From assembly GCA_965250115.1 (NCBI GenBank), contig CBDFNJ010000001.1, positions 747,334-811,333 on the forward strand: DNA of 64,000 bases, read 5' to 3'. The position numbers and the translations under genes were made by a program. The notes under the pieces are model-generated. The model did not search any database. It was not told the DNA's origin and saw only the letters and a list, made by a program, of their open reading frames with translations. Source of the DNA: Candidatus Marinacidobacterales bacterium. GTDB taxonomy: Bacteria > Acidobacteriota > Vicinamibacteria > Marinacidobacterales > SMYC01. This document shows, in pieces, positions 1 through 10,114 of the stretch (position 1 is its first letter; each line of letters begins with the position of its first letter).

Positions 1-526
1 TAAAGCTCAATTGATAGGCCTCGACGAGGCCGGAATATCCATCTTCTCGCTCGAGGAACTCGTGCCCCGAGCCAAGACGCATCTCGCCGTACGCGCGGAG
101 GTCTGCGATCGTGCGGAGGCCGAGTCGTTCGGCGAGCTCCGGCCGCACCACGATTGCAAAGGTATTGTTGAATCCGAGGGGAGCACTCCACTCGATTCCG
201 AGCTCGCTCCGATAGACCTCACGTGCCCGACGGTAGACGAGATCCGGATCGTGACTCACAGGCTCCTTGAGAATGGCTGTCAGGGCCGTGCCACTGTACT
301 CGACGTAGAGATCCAAGTCGCTCGCCACTAGCGCTTGATGGCAAATGAACGTACCGCCGAGGTTCAACCGGCGATCGACGGGAGTGCCGCGCGATTCCAA
401 CAGCTGCGCGAGCATCTCACCGAGAATGACTTGCTCGGTGAAATTCTTCGAGCCCACGACCACGGATTGTCCCGAGGAACAGGACAGGCTCGCCGCGAGG
501 AGCAGTAATCCCACGAGCCGCCTCAT
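1..526 (-). CDS. Glycine betaine/osmoprotectant ABC substrate-binding lipoprotein (5' part; runs off the window edge)
   Basis: Hand translation from ATG at 526: MRRLVGLLLLAASLSCSSGQSVVVGSKNFTEQVILGEMLAQ...DLYVEYSGTAL (OpuBC/OsmX-type motifs, lipobox-like Cys). The ATG overlaps the permease TGA. Confidence 0.88.
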   Translation of the reverse strand, partial: MRRLVGLLLLAASLSCSSGQSVVVGSKNFTEQVILGEMLAQLLESRGTPVDRRLNLGGTFICHQALVASDLDLYVEYSGTALTAILKEPVSHDPDLVYRRAREVYRSELGIEWSAPLGFNNTFAIVVRPELAERLGLRTIADLRAYGEMRLGSGHEFLEREDGYSGLVEAYQLSF

Positions 527-1158
527 CTGCGTGCCACCAATCGGCGCTCGACGAAACCCAGCAAGGTGTCGGCGGCGACGGCTAGAGCTGCCGCCGGGAT
601 CGCCCCCGCGAGAATGAGTCGATTGTCTAGCATCGACAACCCACGAAAGATGAGCGAGCCGAGCCCGCCCGCACCGATGGCGGCGGCAATGGTCGCGAGC
701 CCTACCGAGACGACGGTCGCGATCCGAACTCCCGCGAGAATCGTCGGAAGTGCGAGGGGCACCTCGATGAGTCGGAGTCTTTCGAGGTCGGTCATTCCCA
801 TCCCGCGTCCGGCTTCGATGACGGCAGGATCTACGGCCCGAATCCCAGTATATGTATTTCGAAGGATCGGAAGCAACGAATAGAGAACGAGCGCGATGAT
901 CGCTGTCTTGTCCCCGATACCTCCCACGATCGGAATGGGAATGAGAAAACCGAAGAGCGCGAGGCTCGGAATGGTCTGCATGACGTTCGCGAATCCGATG
1001 AGGGGAGGCGCGAGTGCTTCCCGGCGGGTGAGCAAGATGCCCAGAGGGATACCGATAGCTGTTGCCAATCCGGTCGCGATGCCAACGAGCAGAAGATGCT
1101 CGACCGTCATGGTGGCGATGTCGGCACGTCTTTCGAGAAAGAACCTTAGAAGCTCCAT
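523..1158 (-). CDS. Osmoprotectant ABC transporter permease (OpuCB/ProW-like)
   Basis: QTIPSLALFG motif, EAA loop (EAGRGMGMT), AIGAGGLG, several TM helices. Confidence 0.93.
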   Translation of the reverse strand: MELLRFFLERRADIATMTVEHLLLVGIATGLATAIGIPLGILLTRREALAPPLIGFANVMQTIPSLALFGFLIPIPIVGGIGDKTAIIALVLYSLLPILRNTYTGIRAVDPAVIEAGRGMGMTDLERLRLIEVPLALPTILAGVRIATVVSVGLATIAAAIGAGGLGSLIFRGLSMLDNRLILAGAIPAAALAVAADTLLGFVERRLVARR

Positions 1159-1172
1159 GCGCCCCTCCTCTT

Positions 1173-1910
1173 TCAGATCTCGGTCCGAATTAGCTCACGA
1201 ACGAACTCGTTCGCTGGCTCCCGCAGGATGGTCTCTGGAGTCGCGAGCTGTAGGAGCTCACCTCCGTGCATGACCCCGATACGATGCGCCAGTTTGAGGG
1301 CCTCGGTCACATCGTGAGTCACGAAGACGATGGTTTTTCCGAGACGCTCGCGCATCTCGCGAAACTCGTCCTGGAGACGCCTCCTCGTGATGGGGTCGAG
1401 AGCGCCAAAGGGCTCGTCCATCAAGAGTATGGGTGGATCGATCGCGAGGGCTCTAGCGACACCGACCCGCTGGCGCTCACCTCCGGACAACTCCGACGGC
1501 CGCTTGTGCTCGAAGGCATGGGCCTCGAGACCGACGAGCTCGAGAAGCTCGCGCGCCCGTTCGCGCCTGCGAGACTGGGACCAGCCCTCGAGTCTCGGCA
1601 CGAGCTCGATGTTCTCGACCACGCTCCAATGAGGCAATAACCCCACGTCCTGAATGACGTAGCCCGCGTTTCTCCGAAGCCTGATCGGATCCCACTCTCG
1701 CACCTCTCGACCTTCGACAATCACTTCGCCCGAATCCGCTTCGACGAGGCGGTTGACCATCTTGAGCGTCGTCGTCTTGCCGGACCCGCTCGAGCCGAGG
1801 AGAACCAGCGTCTCTCCGAAGTCGACGGAGAGCGTGAGAGAGCTGAGCGCCGGAGCCCCTCCGTCGTAACACTTGCTCACGCCCCGGAACTCGACGGCGG
1901 GTTCGGCCAT
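1173..1910 (-). CDS. Osmoprotectant ABC transporter ATPase (OpuCA/ProV-like)
   Basis: GSSGSGKT, LSGGERQR, LLMDEPFGALD; adjacent to the permease and binding protein. Confidence 0.93.
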   Translation of the reverse strand: MAEPAVEFRGVSKCYDGGAPALSSLTLSVDFGETLVLLGSSGSGKTTTLKMVNRLVEADSGEVIVEGREVREWDPIRLRRNAGYVIQDVGLLPHWSVVENIELVPRLEGWSQSRRRERARELLELVGLEAHAFEHKRPSELSGGERQRVGVARALAIDPPILLMDEPFGALDPITRRRLQDEFREMRERLGKTIVFVTHDVTEALKLAHRIGVMHGGELLQLATPETILREPANEFVRELIRTEI

Positions 1911-1918
1911 CGATCCGA

Positions 1919-2602
1919 CTACGCACGCTCCATTTTGCGAAACGCTCCTTCTGATTGTACGAAAACCACGTCGGCCATGCCGATGAAAAGCCCCGAGTCC
2001 ACGACGCCGGGAACACCATCGATCAGCTCTTCGAGCTCGGAAGGAGAGGTGATCCGCTCGAACCGAGCATCGAGAATGTAATTGCCGTTGTCGGACCGGT
2101 AGGGGGCTTCTCCCACCGAGCGTAGCTCGACCTCGGAGCCCAGCGACTCGAGTTTCCGGCGCGCGACCGGAGCCGCAAAAGGAACGACCTCGACGGGGAC
2201 GCTCATTCGTTCGCCGAGATTCTTGACGATCTTCTCGTCACCCACCAGCACGACGAAGCGCTCGGAGACGGAGGCCACGACGCGTTCTCTCAGCAGGGCG
2301 CCTCCGTGTCCTTTGATCAGATCGAGGTTGGGGTCGACCTCGTCCGCTCCATCGACGTCGATATCCACGGAGGCCACTTGGTCGAGCGTCGTCAGGGGGA
2401 TTTTGAGCTCTTCGGCGAGCTCGGCGGTACGAATAGATGTCGGCACGCCCCGAACCGAAAGTCCGTCCTGGGTCACACGCTCGGCCAGCGCCCGTACGAA
2501 CATCGCCGCCGCACGGCCCGTACCGAGCCCGACGACCATACCGGACTCGACCATTTCGACGGCCGCGAGCGCCGCGGGCCAGATGGGAGGCTCGTCACTC
2601 AT
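1919..2602 (-). CDS. rpiA: Ribose-5-phosphate isomerase A
   Basis: GLGTG, DGADEVD, LIKGHGGALLRE, SDNGN motifs; ATG at 2602 chosen over the ORF-track start at 2617. Confidence 0.95.
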   Translation of the reverse strand: MSDEPPIWPAALAAVEMVESGMVVGLGTGRAAAMFVRALAERVTQDGLSVRGVPTSIRTAELAEELKIPLTTLDQVASVDIDVDGADEVDPNLDLIKGHGGALLRERVVASVSERFVVLVGDEKIVKNLGERMSVPVEVVPFAAPVARRKLESLGSEVELRSVGEAPYRSDNGNYILDARFERITSPSELEELIDGVPGVVDSGLFIGMADVVFVQSEGAFRKMERA

Positions 2603-2669
2603 GAGAGCTGCGAGCATACCCGACGGCTCGCACGGCCCGCAAGATCGGCGTCTCGCAACGGAAGCGCCG

Positions 2670-2808
2670 CAAATTCGGGCAGGAATCGCAGGAATCCACA
2701 GGAATCACTGGAAAGGAGCTGGCTTCACTCATTCGAGCTCTGAACGGTCTCTTCAAGAGTGCTTTTCTCCTGCGATTCCTGAATTTCCTGTGATTCCTGC
2801 CAAAATTG
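2670..2808. repeat. Intergenic inverted-repeat element made of short tandem CAGGAATC / GATTCCTG units
   Basis: CAGGAATC at 2680, 2689, 2699; GATTCCTG at 2774 and 2792, ATTTCCTG at 2783. Confidence 0.7.
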
Positions 2809-2852
2809 CCGTGCGTCAGCATCATTGAGAAGCACACTGCTAGAATCGTCCA

Positions 2853-4721
2853 ATGATCCGGATCCCCGCGCTTCTTCCCGAGCCCAAAAAGCTCCGTTCG
2901 AAACCTAGAAGCTTCCGACTCCGCAAAGACACACCGATCGTCTTGTCCTCCGGCTCGGAGGATTCCGACTTCGAGAGCGCCTGGGCTCTCCGGCAAGCGA
3001 TCGCGGCCGAGACGAGCGTCGTGCTGCCGGTGGAAACCCATGCGCGGCTTCAGGGTATCGGGCCACGCATCGAGCTCGCTCGAAGCCACGCCGATGGGCA
3101 GGGATATCGGATTCGTGTACGAGCGAAGCGGATCGAGCTCGTAGGTCAGGGACCCGCCGGGTTGCGTTACGGCGTGGAAACGCTCGCACAGCTCTTTCAG
3201 CCGCGCTCGAAAACCGTCATGGCTTGCGACGTGGACGACGCGCCCGATCTCGAGTGGCGCGGACTTCTGCTCGACGTTTCCCGGGGCAAGGTTCCCACCC
3301 TCGAGACGCTCGAACAGGTTGTCGACCTCATGGTCGCTTTGAAGCTGAATCTCCTCATGCTCTACACGGAGCACGTTTTCCGCTTCCGACGCCACCCTCT
3401 GATCGGGAAGGGTGCGTCACCCATCGAGGCCTGGGAGCTGCGGGAGCTCGATGCCTACGCCCGAGCGCGACACGTGGAGCTCGTACCAACGCTCCAGTCC
3501 CTCGGCCACATGCATCACATCCTGAAGATTGGGCGCTATAGTCACCTCGCCGAGTCCGATCGACGGTGGTCGATCTCTCCCGCGCTCGAAGCGTCCTACG
3601 ATTTCCTCTCCGACCTCTATTCCGAGTACCTCCCAAATTTCAGCTCGGGCTGGTTCAACGCGAACTGTGACGAGCCCGTCGACCTTGGGAAGGGGCTCTC
3701 CAAGAAAATCGCCGACGGGAAGGGCCGCGGAGGCCTCTACCGGGCGCATCTCGAGCGCGTGCGCGCTCTCGCGAGGCGTTTCGGAAAGCGAACGATGGTA
3801 TGGGGAGACGTCGTCTTCGAGCATCCCGAGGAGATTCCCCGTTTGAGCCGGGCGCTCACTCTCCTCGACTGGTCGTACGAAGCGAATCACGATTTCGATC
3901 GCGTCCAGGTCTTCGCCGAGAACGACATCCCCTTCATGGTCTGTTCGGGCACTTCCAGCTGGAACACTTTGTTCCCGAGACTTCAGAATGCTCTGGCCAA
4001 TATCACGGGCCACGCCGAAGCGGGAAAGCGCTTCGGCGCGGGCGGACTCGTGAATACCGATTGGGGCGATGGCGGTCACGGGAACCTCCTGGGCAACTCC
4101 CTCTATCCGATCGCCTGGGGTGCTCAGGCTTCTTGGGGTAGCACCCGCGGTGACATAGCTTCCTTCGATCGCGCATTCGGACAAAGACTTTTTCGAGATC
4201 GGACCGGGACCGTAGGAAAGCTCTACCGTCGCCTCGGGAAGGAACATCGGACGGGCTTCGACCACTTCAACAACTCACCGCTGAAATCTCTCTACTATGA
4301 TGACCTCGACGAAGCGAAGTTCTCCGCGAAGGTGCGGCCACGGGTGTTAACGGCGACGCTCCGGAGGCTGCGGCGCATTCAAAGAAGCTTCGCCGATCGC
4401 GCGGAGCTGTTCGATCGACGGCCGGTAGCTCGCGACGAGCTTCGTTTCGCCATCGACGCTTCGATGGTGGCGGCTCGGAAGGGGCTCGCGGGTCATCGGT
4501 TCGCGAAATGGCGTGACGAAGGCCTGTCGCTCAACGCCTCGGCGAAACGAGCGCTAGCGGGGGAGCTCCGTATGCTAGCGACCGAGCAATCGATGCTCGA
4601 AAGGAGACTCCGAAAGCTTTGGCTGGCGCGCAACCGACCGTCGAACTTCGAGACTACGGCAGAAATGTATCGGAAGTCGGTGCGGAGTCTCCGCCGAGCG
4701 GCGCGGAAGCTGTCTTCCTAA
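2853..4721 (+). CDS. Glycoside hydrolase family 20 (beta-N-acetylhexosaminidase-like), no signal peptide
   Basis: GH20 domain-2-like N-terminus, DAPDLEWRGLLLDVSR, SLGH, catalytic DE pair in NCDEP. Confidence 0.85.
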   Translation: MIRIPALLPEPKKLRSKPRSFRLRKDTPIVLSSGSEDSDFESAWALRQAIAAETSVVLPVETHARLQGIGPRIELARSHADGQGYRIRVRAKRIELVGQGPAGLRYGVETLAQLFQPRSKTVMACDVDDAPDLEWRGLLLDVSRGKVPTLETLEQVVDLMVALKLNLLMLYTEHVFRFRRHPLIGKGASPIEAWELRELDAYARARHVELVPTLQSLGHMHHILKIGRYSHLAESDRRWSISPALEASYDFLSDLYSEYLPNFSSGWFNANCDEPVDLGKGLSKKIADGKGRGGLYRAHLERVRALARRFGKRTMVWGDVVFEHPEEIPRLSRALTLLDWSYEANHDFDRVQVFAENDIPFMVCSGTSSWNTLFPRLQNALANITGHAEAGKRFGAGGLVNTDWGDGGHGNLLGNSLYPIAWGAQASWGSTRGDIASFDRAFGQRLFRDRTGTVGKLYRRLGKEHRTGFDHFNNSPLKSLYYDDLDEAKFSAKVRPRVLTATLRRLRRIQRSFADRAELFDRRPVARDELRFAIDASMVAARKGLAGHRFAKWRDEGLSLNASAKRALAGELRMLATEQSMLERRLRKLWLARNRPSNFETTAEMYRKSVRSLRRAARKLSS

Positions 4722-6487
4722 CCTTGGGGTTTTTCGGTTTCGGACTCTTCGTTTTCTACCTGCCCGACGGGTTCGTCGGAGGATGACTCGATCGGGCGGG
4801 GCCGGAAGAATTCGGGGAGGCCTTCTTCCTCGACGCTCGTCTCGTCGGATTCAGAGACGGGCTCGGCTCTTTCTTCCTCGTCTTTTTCCTCCTCGACGGG
4901 CTCGGACGCATCAGAGGCTTCCGGTTCAGGCGGCTCGAGCGTCGAGGAAGGCACATCATCTTCCTCGCTAGGTCGCTCGGCTAGGGGCGGTGTAGGAGGA
5001 AGCGCGGCACGAAAGAAGCTCGGCAGGTGCTCGAGCCCCTCGGGTACGTCCTCCTCTGCGATCTCCGGCTCTTGCCCCAAAGCTGTCTTCTCCGGCTGTA
5101 AAGGCTCTTCCGCGGGGGCGGGTGGGACGCCGGCTTTCTCCGGTTCCGAGGTTTCGGCTCGAGTAATCTGCTCGAGCTCAGCCGTCTGCGTCGGCTCACG
5201 CAACGGGTCCGAGGTCACGGGATTAGTTTCCGTCACGGCCTCGGACGGCGTCTCGAGACGCGGCGGAGGCGGAGCAGGAGCGGGGCGGCGCAAGCTCTTC
5301 GGCTCTCTCGCCGGTCGGGCCGAGCTCCGGAACGCAAGCTCGTACTTCGGAAGGAGCTTGGTCCATCCGTAGGTCTCCTTGATATAGCGCTGACCGTTTT
5401 TCCCCAAGTCGCGTCCCAACGATTTGTCGTTCAGAAGCAGGTGGAGCAGCTCTTCGAACTCCTCGAAGTCCCGATAATAGAAGCCCGCGTTGGACTTCCG
5501 GCAGTGGTCGACGAGCACTTGTGAGCCGCCGTTCGCGAGAACGGGACTGCCAACCGAGAACGCTTCCAGAGTTACGATAGAGAGGCTTTCCATCCTCGAG
5601 GACTGGACCACGGCGACCGCTCCCGCCATTGCCGCGAGCTTGTCGGCCTCATCGACGAAGCCGATATATCGAATGGATTCGTCCTCGGGCAGTTTCATCC
5701 CGAGTTTTCCGATCAGCACGAGCTGCAAGTTGCCGGTCGCGGGGTGCTCTTCTTTGTAGAAGGTGAAGTAGCGAAACAACTCATCCATGCCCTTGCCGGT
5801 GTCGATACGGCCGGCGTAGAGCAGATACTTCGCGGATATGTCGTGCTTCTTCCGAAAGCTGGAAGGATCCGGCGGGTCCAAGAGCTCCATCCCCATCCCG
5901 ATCGTTTCCCTCATCTTCTTGTGCACCGGGAAGCGCTCGAGCACAAGAAGCTCCTCGGCCTCGGTATTGAACAGGAATGCGCTCGGAAGCTGAAACATCT
6001 CCTTGAAGATGCCCAGCCGCAAGGGAGGCTCATCGTGAGCGGTCGGAATGAGAAAGCTCTTTTCGGGAGCGACCTTGAGACCGTAGAACGTAGGGTAATA
6101 GAGATAGGTAAAGAAAATGACCAGGTCGAAGCGCTCGTGCTCCGTCTTCAGATACTCCACTAGCTCCGGAACCACCGGACCCTGCCGCTCGAGCCATTCG
6201 AGCTCCTGCTCGCGGGTCGACTGCCCTTTGTAGATCTCTTCCGAGAACTTGTTGAACTCTTCGAGGTCCCGCTCACCCTCGACGGGAAAGCGGTGAATCT
6301 TGACGCCTCGGAGCTTCTCCTCGCCGACCTCGTATTCGTTCTTCCAGGTGATGTAGTCTTGGGCCGTGGTGGTCAGCACTTCGATCTCGTAGCGGCGTGA
6401 CAGGCGCTCGGCAAGCTGACGGGCGAGGGTCTCGGATCCACCGAGGATCTCCCTTCCGTATCGTTGTACGACAAAAGCCAGCTTCAA
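4718..6487 (-). CDS. GT4 glycosyltransferase with long acidic/Pro-rich C-terminal tail
   Basis: VVQRYG..GGSE, YAGRID..KG, ESLSIVTLEA; the last ~200 aa are low-complexity E/P/S. Confidence 0.9.
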   Translation of the reverse strand: MKLAFVVQRYGREILGGSETLARQLAERLSRRYEIEVLTTTAQDYITWKNEYEVGEEKLRGVKIHRFPVEGERDLEEFNKFSEEIYKGQSTREQELEWLERQGPVVPELVEYLKTEHERFDLVIFFTYLYYPTFYGLKVAPEKSFLIPTAHDEPPLRLGIFKEMFQLPSAFLFNTEAEELLVLERFPVHKKMRETIGMGMELLDPPDPSSFRKKHDISAKYLLYAGRIDTGKGMDELFRYFTFYKEEHPATGNLQLVLIGKLGMKLPEDESIRYIGFVDEADKLAAMAGAVAVVQSSRMESLSIVTLEAFSVGSPVLANGGSQVLVDHCRKSNAGFYYRDFEEFEELLHLLLNDKSLGRDLGKNGQRYIKETYGWTKLLPKYELAFRSSARPAREPKSLRRPAPAPPPPRLETPSEAVTETNPVTSDPLREPTQTAELEQITRAETSEPEKAGVPPAPAEEPLQPEKTALGQEPEIAEEDVPEGLEHLPSFFRAALPPTPPLAERPSEEDDVPSSTLEPPEPEASDASEPVEEEKDEEERAEPVSESDETSVEEEGLPEFFRPRPIESSSDEPVGQVENEESETEKPQG

Positions 6488-7554
6488 GAGCCTACCTCCT
6501 CGATGTAGCCTAACAGATCGGCCTCAACCCTTTGCGGAGAAAAGCGATCTACCCGTCGCCGCTCGCCCTCGATGACACTTGCGCGCAAGCTCTCGTTCGT
6601 CACCAATTCGTGGGCCATTTCGGCCAACTCCTCATAGTTCTTGGCCGAAAACTGAACACCGGCGCCCTCGAGAGTGTCGGGAACCGCTCCCGCGGCATAG
6701 GCGAGAATCGGGAGGTCCATCAGCATCGACTCGACAAGAGGTACGGCGAAGCCCTCGTGCTCGCTCATGCTCACGAAGAGATCCGAGGAGGCATAGCAGG
6801 CGAGCAAGTCGTCCCAAGCCAGGTGGCCGGTGAAAAGAAACTCGCTCGGTCTCAGCCCCCAGTGATCGGCCAAAGCCTGTACCGCCTGTTGATAGCGGTC
6901 CATTCTTCCAGCCTTGCCGACGAGAATGAAGCGAAAGTCTTCGGACACGTATTTCTTGTAGAAGAATGCGAGCCGCGCCAGGTCCTCGAATCGCTTGTTG
7001 GGATAGACCCGGCCGACGAAGAGGAAGTTGGCTCTCCCGTCGCCTAAAATCTCCTGCATGACGGGATTCGGCGTTCCACCTCGAAACTCGTCGAAGTCGA
7101 GCAGGATCGGGAGCACACCCGTGCGCTCGAATCCCAACTGCTCGAGTTCTCTGCGATTGAAGTCGGAGTCTCCCAATGCGAGGTCGGTGGCCGTCGCGAG
7201 GCTTCGAAGCTCGTTCCGTCCGGCGGCCGCAATCCGAACCAGCTCCTCGTCGAAACCCACGAAGAACTCCGCAGGCGTTATGTTGTGGTATACGAGCACC
7301 CGTTTTCCGTGCGCTTCTCGAAAGGCGGCAGTCATGGGCGACGGCAGGGCGAAGTGAAACATGGTCACGTCGTCGCTACCGGCCTCGGGGCGATCGCGGA
7401 ACGACAGGACGTCTCCCTCGGCTTGCTCGTCGATGTCCAGCGCGAAGATTTCGGAATCGTGGCCCGCTCGCCGAAGCGCGCCCCGCATACGGATAGCCTC
7501 GTCGCCAATGGCGTCGCCTCGATGCGCCGCGGGAAGCCATTGATCGATGCGCAT
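6484..7554 (-). CDS. GT4 glycosyltransferase
   Basis: FVGRVYPNKR, SEHEGFAVPLVES. Confidence 0.9.
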   Translation of the reverse strand: MRIDQWLPAAHRGDAIGDEAIRMRGALRRAGHDSEIFALDIDEQAEGDVLSFRDRPEAGSDDVTMFHFALPSPMTAAFREAHGKRVLVYHNITPAEFFVGFDEELVRIAAAGRNELRSLATATDLALGDSDFNRRELEQLGFERTGVLPILLDFDEFRGGTPNPVMQEILGDGRANFLFVGRVYPNKRFEDLARLAFFYKKYVSEDFRFILVGKAGRMDRYQQAVQALADHWGLRPSEFLFTGHLAWDDLLACYASSDLFVSMSEHEGFAVPLVESMLMDLPILAYAAGAVPDTLEGAGVQFSAKNYEELAEMAHELVTNESLRASVIEGERRRVDRFSPQRVEADLLGYIEEVGS

Positions 7555-8636
7555 CAGCCCTTCACCGCCGACGGCGTAAGCGCTTCTCTAACGAAACCCA
7601 TGAGGAGCTCGTGATCGTTCCTCGCATCCATACGCTCTAGCACGCCATCCTGTGCCGTGACGATCTTTCGCGAAAGCGACTCATCGGTGACGATCGCATG
7701 CCCCATCAGGGCAATCTCGTCGACTCGTTTTTCCCGGATCAGAATCCCGGCACCACCCAGCGTCTCGGGTACCGCGCCCGCATCCGCGGCCATGACCGGC
7801 ACACCGAAACGGAAAGCCTCGATGAGCGGCACGCAATAGCCTTCGTGCTCACTCAAGCATAAGAAGAGGTCGGCGGCCTGGTAATAGGCGGCGAGGTCGT
7901 CATCATCCACGTGCCCCGTGAAGACCACGTCCTTCAGCCGAAGATCGTCCACCATCCTCACGAGGGCTTCGAAGTACCTTTCGAAACCGACCCACTCGCC
8001 GACCAGAAGCAGGCGCGAGTTGGAATCGATGAACTTCTGATAGAAGGCGAAAACCTTGATGAGATCGTGAAAGCACTTGTTGGGAATCACGCGGCCGACG
8101 AAGAGAAAGTTCGTCTTGTCGTCGTCGAACATGTCGAGAACGACCGCGCTCGGCGTGATGTCGAGTCGTCCCGGGTCGAGCATCAGGGGAAGGACCCCAG
8201 TAGGGTGGAAGCCCACCGCCTCTAGCTCGGCCCGATTGAACTCGGAGTCTCCCAGGGCCAGCCTGACACGGGGGACGAAAGCCTCGAGCTCGCGGCGGCC
8301 GTGGTAGCAAAGTCCCGCGAGATGCGGATGAAACTCCGCGAACCAGCGCGCCGGCGTGATGTTGTGATAGATGAGCAATATTGGATCGACGAGATGGTGA
8401 GCGAAGGTGCTCACCCCGGCGCCGATCGAGAAGTGAAGCAAGAGCAGATTATCCGGGCTCGAGATCTCTCGATAGTCCCAGAGCTTTCGCGCCTTGCCCG
8501 CCATCTCCGGATGTACCGATTCGGCGAAAATGTCGGAATCGAATCCCTCGTTGCGAAGACCTTCCTGGATGCGCAGGGCCTCGTTTCCAATGGCATCACC
8601 AAGGGAGAGCGCGGCGAGCATCTGATGAATCTGCAT
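7554..8636 (-). CDS. GT4 glycosyltransferase (paralog of 6484-7554)
   Basis: GDAIGNE, FVGRVIPNK, SEHEGYCVPLIEA. Confidence 0.9.
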   Translation of the reverse strand: MQIHQMLAALSLGDAIGNEALRIQEGLRNEGFDSDIFAESVHPEMAGKARKLWDYREISSPDNLLLLHFSIGAGVSTFAHHLVDPILLIYHNITPARWFAEFHPHLAGLCYHGRRELEAFVPRVRLALGDSEFNRAELEAVGFHPTGVLPLMLDPGRLDITPSAVVLDMFDDDKTNFLFVGRVIPNKCFHDLIKVFAFYQKFIDSNSRLLLVGEWVGFERYFEALVRMVDDLRLKDVVFTGHVDDDDLAAYYQAADLFLCLSEHEGYCVPLIEAFRFGVPVMAADAGAVPETLGGAGILIREKRVDEIALMGHAIVTDESLSRKIVTAQDGVLERMDARNDHELLMGFVREALTPSAVKG

Positions 8637-8641
8637 CGCCT

Positions 8642-10114
8642 CTATCCTAGCCAGCGAGCGAAAAAGCCCTTCTTCGGAGCTTTCGCCTCACGAGCATCGT
8701 CCTGTGCTCGCAGGGTTCGAAGGATACGATTGTACTTTCCCTCGATGACCGCCCAGCGGTAGTGATCGCGATAGAAGCGCTTGCCGTTGACACCAAGGCC
8801 GCTGCGAAGCGCGTCGTCGCTCTCGAGAAGTGTCAGAGCTTCTTTGAACTCGTAGTAATCGTCGTAATAAAGACCGGCATCGGAGCGGAGGCATTGGCCC
8901 TTTAGAACGTCGCACTTTCCGTTGGCGAGCACCGCTTTTCCAACGGACCAGGCCTCCAGCGTCACCATCGAGAGGCTTTCGAGCTCCGAGGGCATCACCA
9001 AAAGCTCCGCCCCCGCGAGAGCGCCCCACTTTTCCGGCTCGGAGAGAAAGCCCGCATAGTAGATGCCCGAGTCCTCCGGTATGGCCATCTGGCGTCCACC
9101 CACCAGAACGAGCTTTAGCCTCGAGCCCGTCTCTCCTCTGTAACGACGGTAGTAGTTGAAGAGCGTCCCACAGCCCTTGTTCGGATCCACGCGCCCGATA
9201 AAAACGATATAGGGACCCTGGATCCCGTGCTTGTCGCGAAACAGACTCGCGTCCGTGGTCTCGGGCACGTCCGAGCCCACACCGACGACGTCTCCCGCTA
9301 CGCTCCTATTCCCCGTGGCCTCCCAGATCATCGCTCTTTCTTCGATCGAGTTGTAGACGATGGCACGGGGGAGTCGAAACAGATCGCGAAAGATCGTTAG
9401 CCGGATGACCTCGTCCCTCTCCGCCGTCGGCACCAGAATGGCCTTGGGCCGCACCGTCTGCACGCCGTAGAAACTATGATAGTAGCGGTAGCTGAAGAAG
9501 AGAAAATAGTCGTAGTCGCGCTCACGCCGCCTCAAGTAGCGAAGTAGCGAGGGCGAGAACGGTCCCTGCTCCTCGAGCCAGGCGAGCTCCTCTTCCCGCG
9601 CGTGCTTGCCGAGAAAGACCATGTTGGAAAGACGGCCGAATCGATCGGGATCTCGCGGACGCCGAACTTTGAAGCGTCGCACGGGAACGCCGTTGATCCG
9701 AACGAGGCCCGCCTCGTGCTCGTTGCGCCACGTGATGTAGTCCTTGGCACAGGACGTCAGCACTTCGACGCGATGAACTGCGCCGAGATGCTCGGCAATG
9801 AGGCGACAGTGATACTCGGCACCGCCGTTAATGTCTTCCCCGTAGCGCTGCACGACGAGACCGAGGCGGAGAGGCTCTGGCTCGGTTCTTTCTGGAGGTC
9901 GCGATTGGAGCTCGCCCCGTTGGGACGAGATCCGCCCCGGTTGGGACTCAGCCTGATTCCAACGCGTTCCTCCGGTACTAGCCTCCGGTTTTTCCACTGT
10001 TTCCGTCGCGCGGGCCGGACGAGCCGCCGCCAGAGCGACCCTCGTTCGGCTTGCCGCCGCGGCGACGCCGATAGTTGCGTCGGCCGCCGCGCTGGCGAGG
10101 ACGTCCCCGCTCAC
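8642..10114 (-). CDS. GT4 glycosyltransferase (paralog of 4718-6487); true start uncertain, conserved domain begins near 9870
   Basis: VVQRYG..GGAE, FIGRVDPNKG, ESLSMVTLEAW; the ORF-track N-terminus overlaps the upstream gene. Confidence 0.85.
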   Translation of the reverse strand: MSGDVLASAAADATIGVAAAASRTRVALAAARPARATETVEKPEASTGGTRWNQAESQPGRISSQRGELQSRPPERTEPEPLRLGLVVQRYGEDINGGAEYHCRLIAEHLGAVHRVEVLTSCAKDYITWRNEHEAGLVRINGVPVRRFKVRRPRDPDRFGRLSNMVFLGKHAREEELAWLEEQGPFSPSLLRYLRRRERDYDYFLFFSYRYYHSFYGVQTVRPKAILVPTAERDEVIRLTIFRDLFRLPRAIVYNSIEERAMIWEATGNRSVAGDVVGVGSDVPETTDASLFRDKHGIQGPYIVFIGRVDPNKGCGTLFNYYRRYRGETGSRLKLVLVGGRQMAIPEDSGIYYAGFLSEPEKWGALAGAELLVMPSELESLSMVTLEAWSVGKAVLANGKCDVLKGQCLRSDAGLYYDDYYEFKEALTLLESDDALRSGLGVNGKRFYRDHYRWAVIEGKYNRILRTLRAQDDAREAKAPKKGFFARWLG

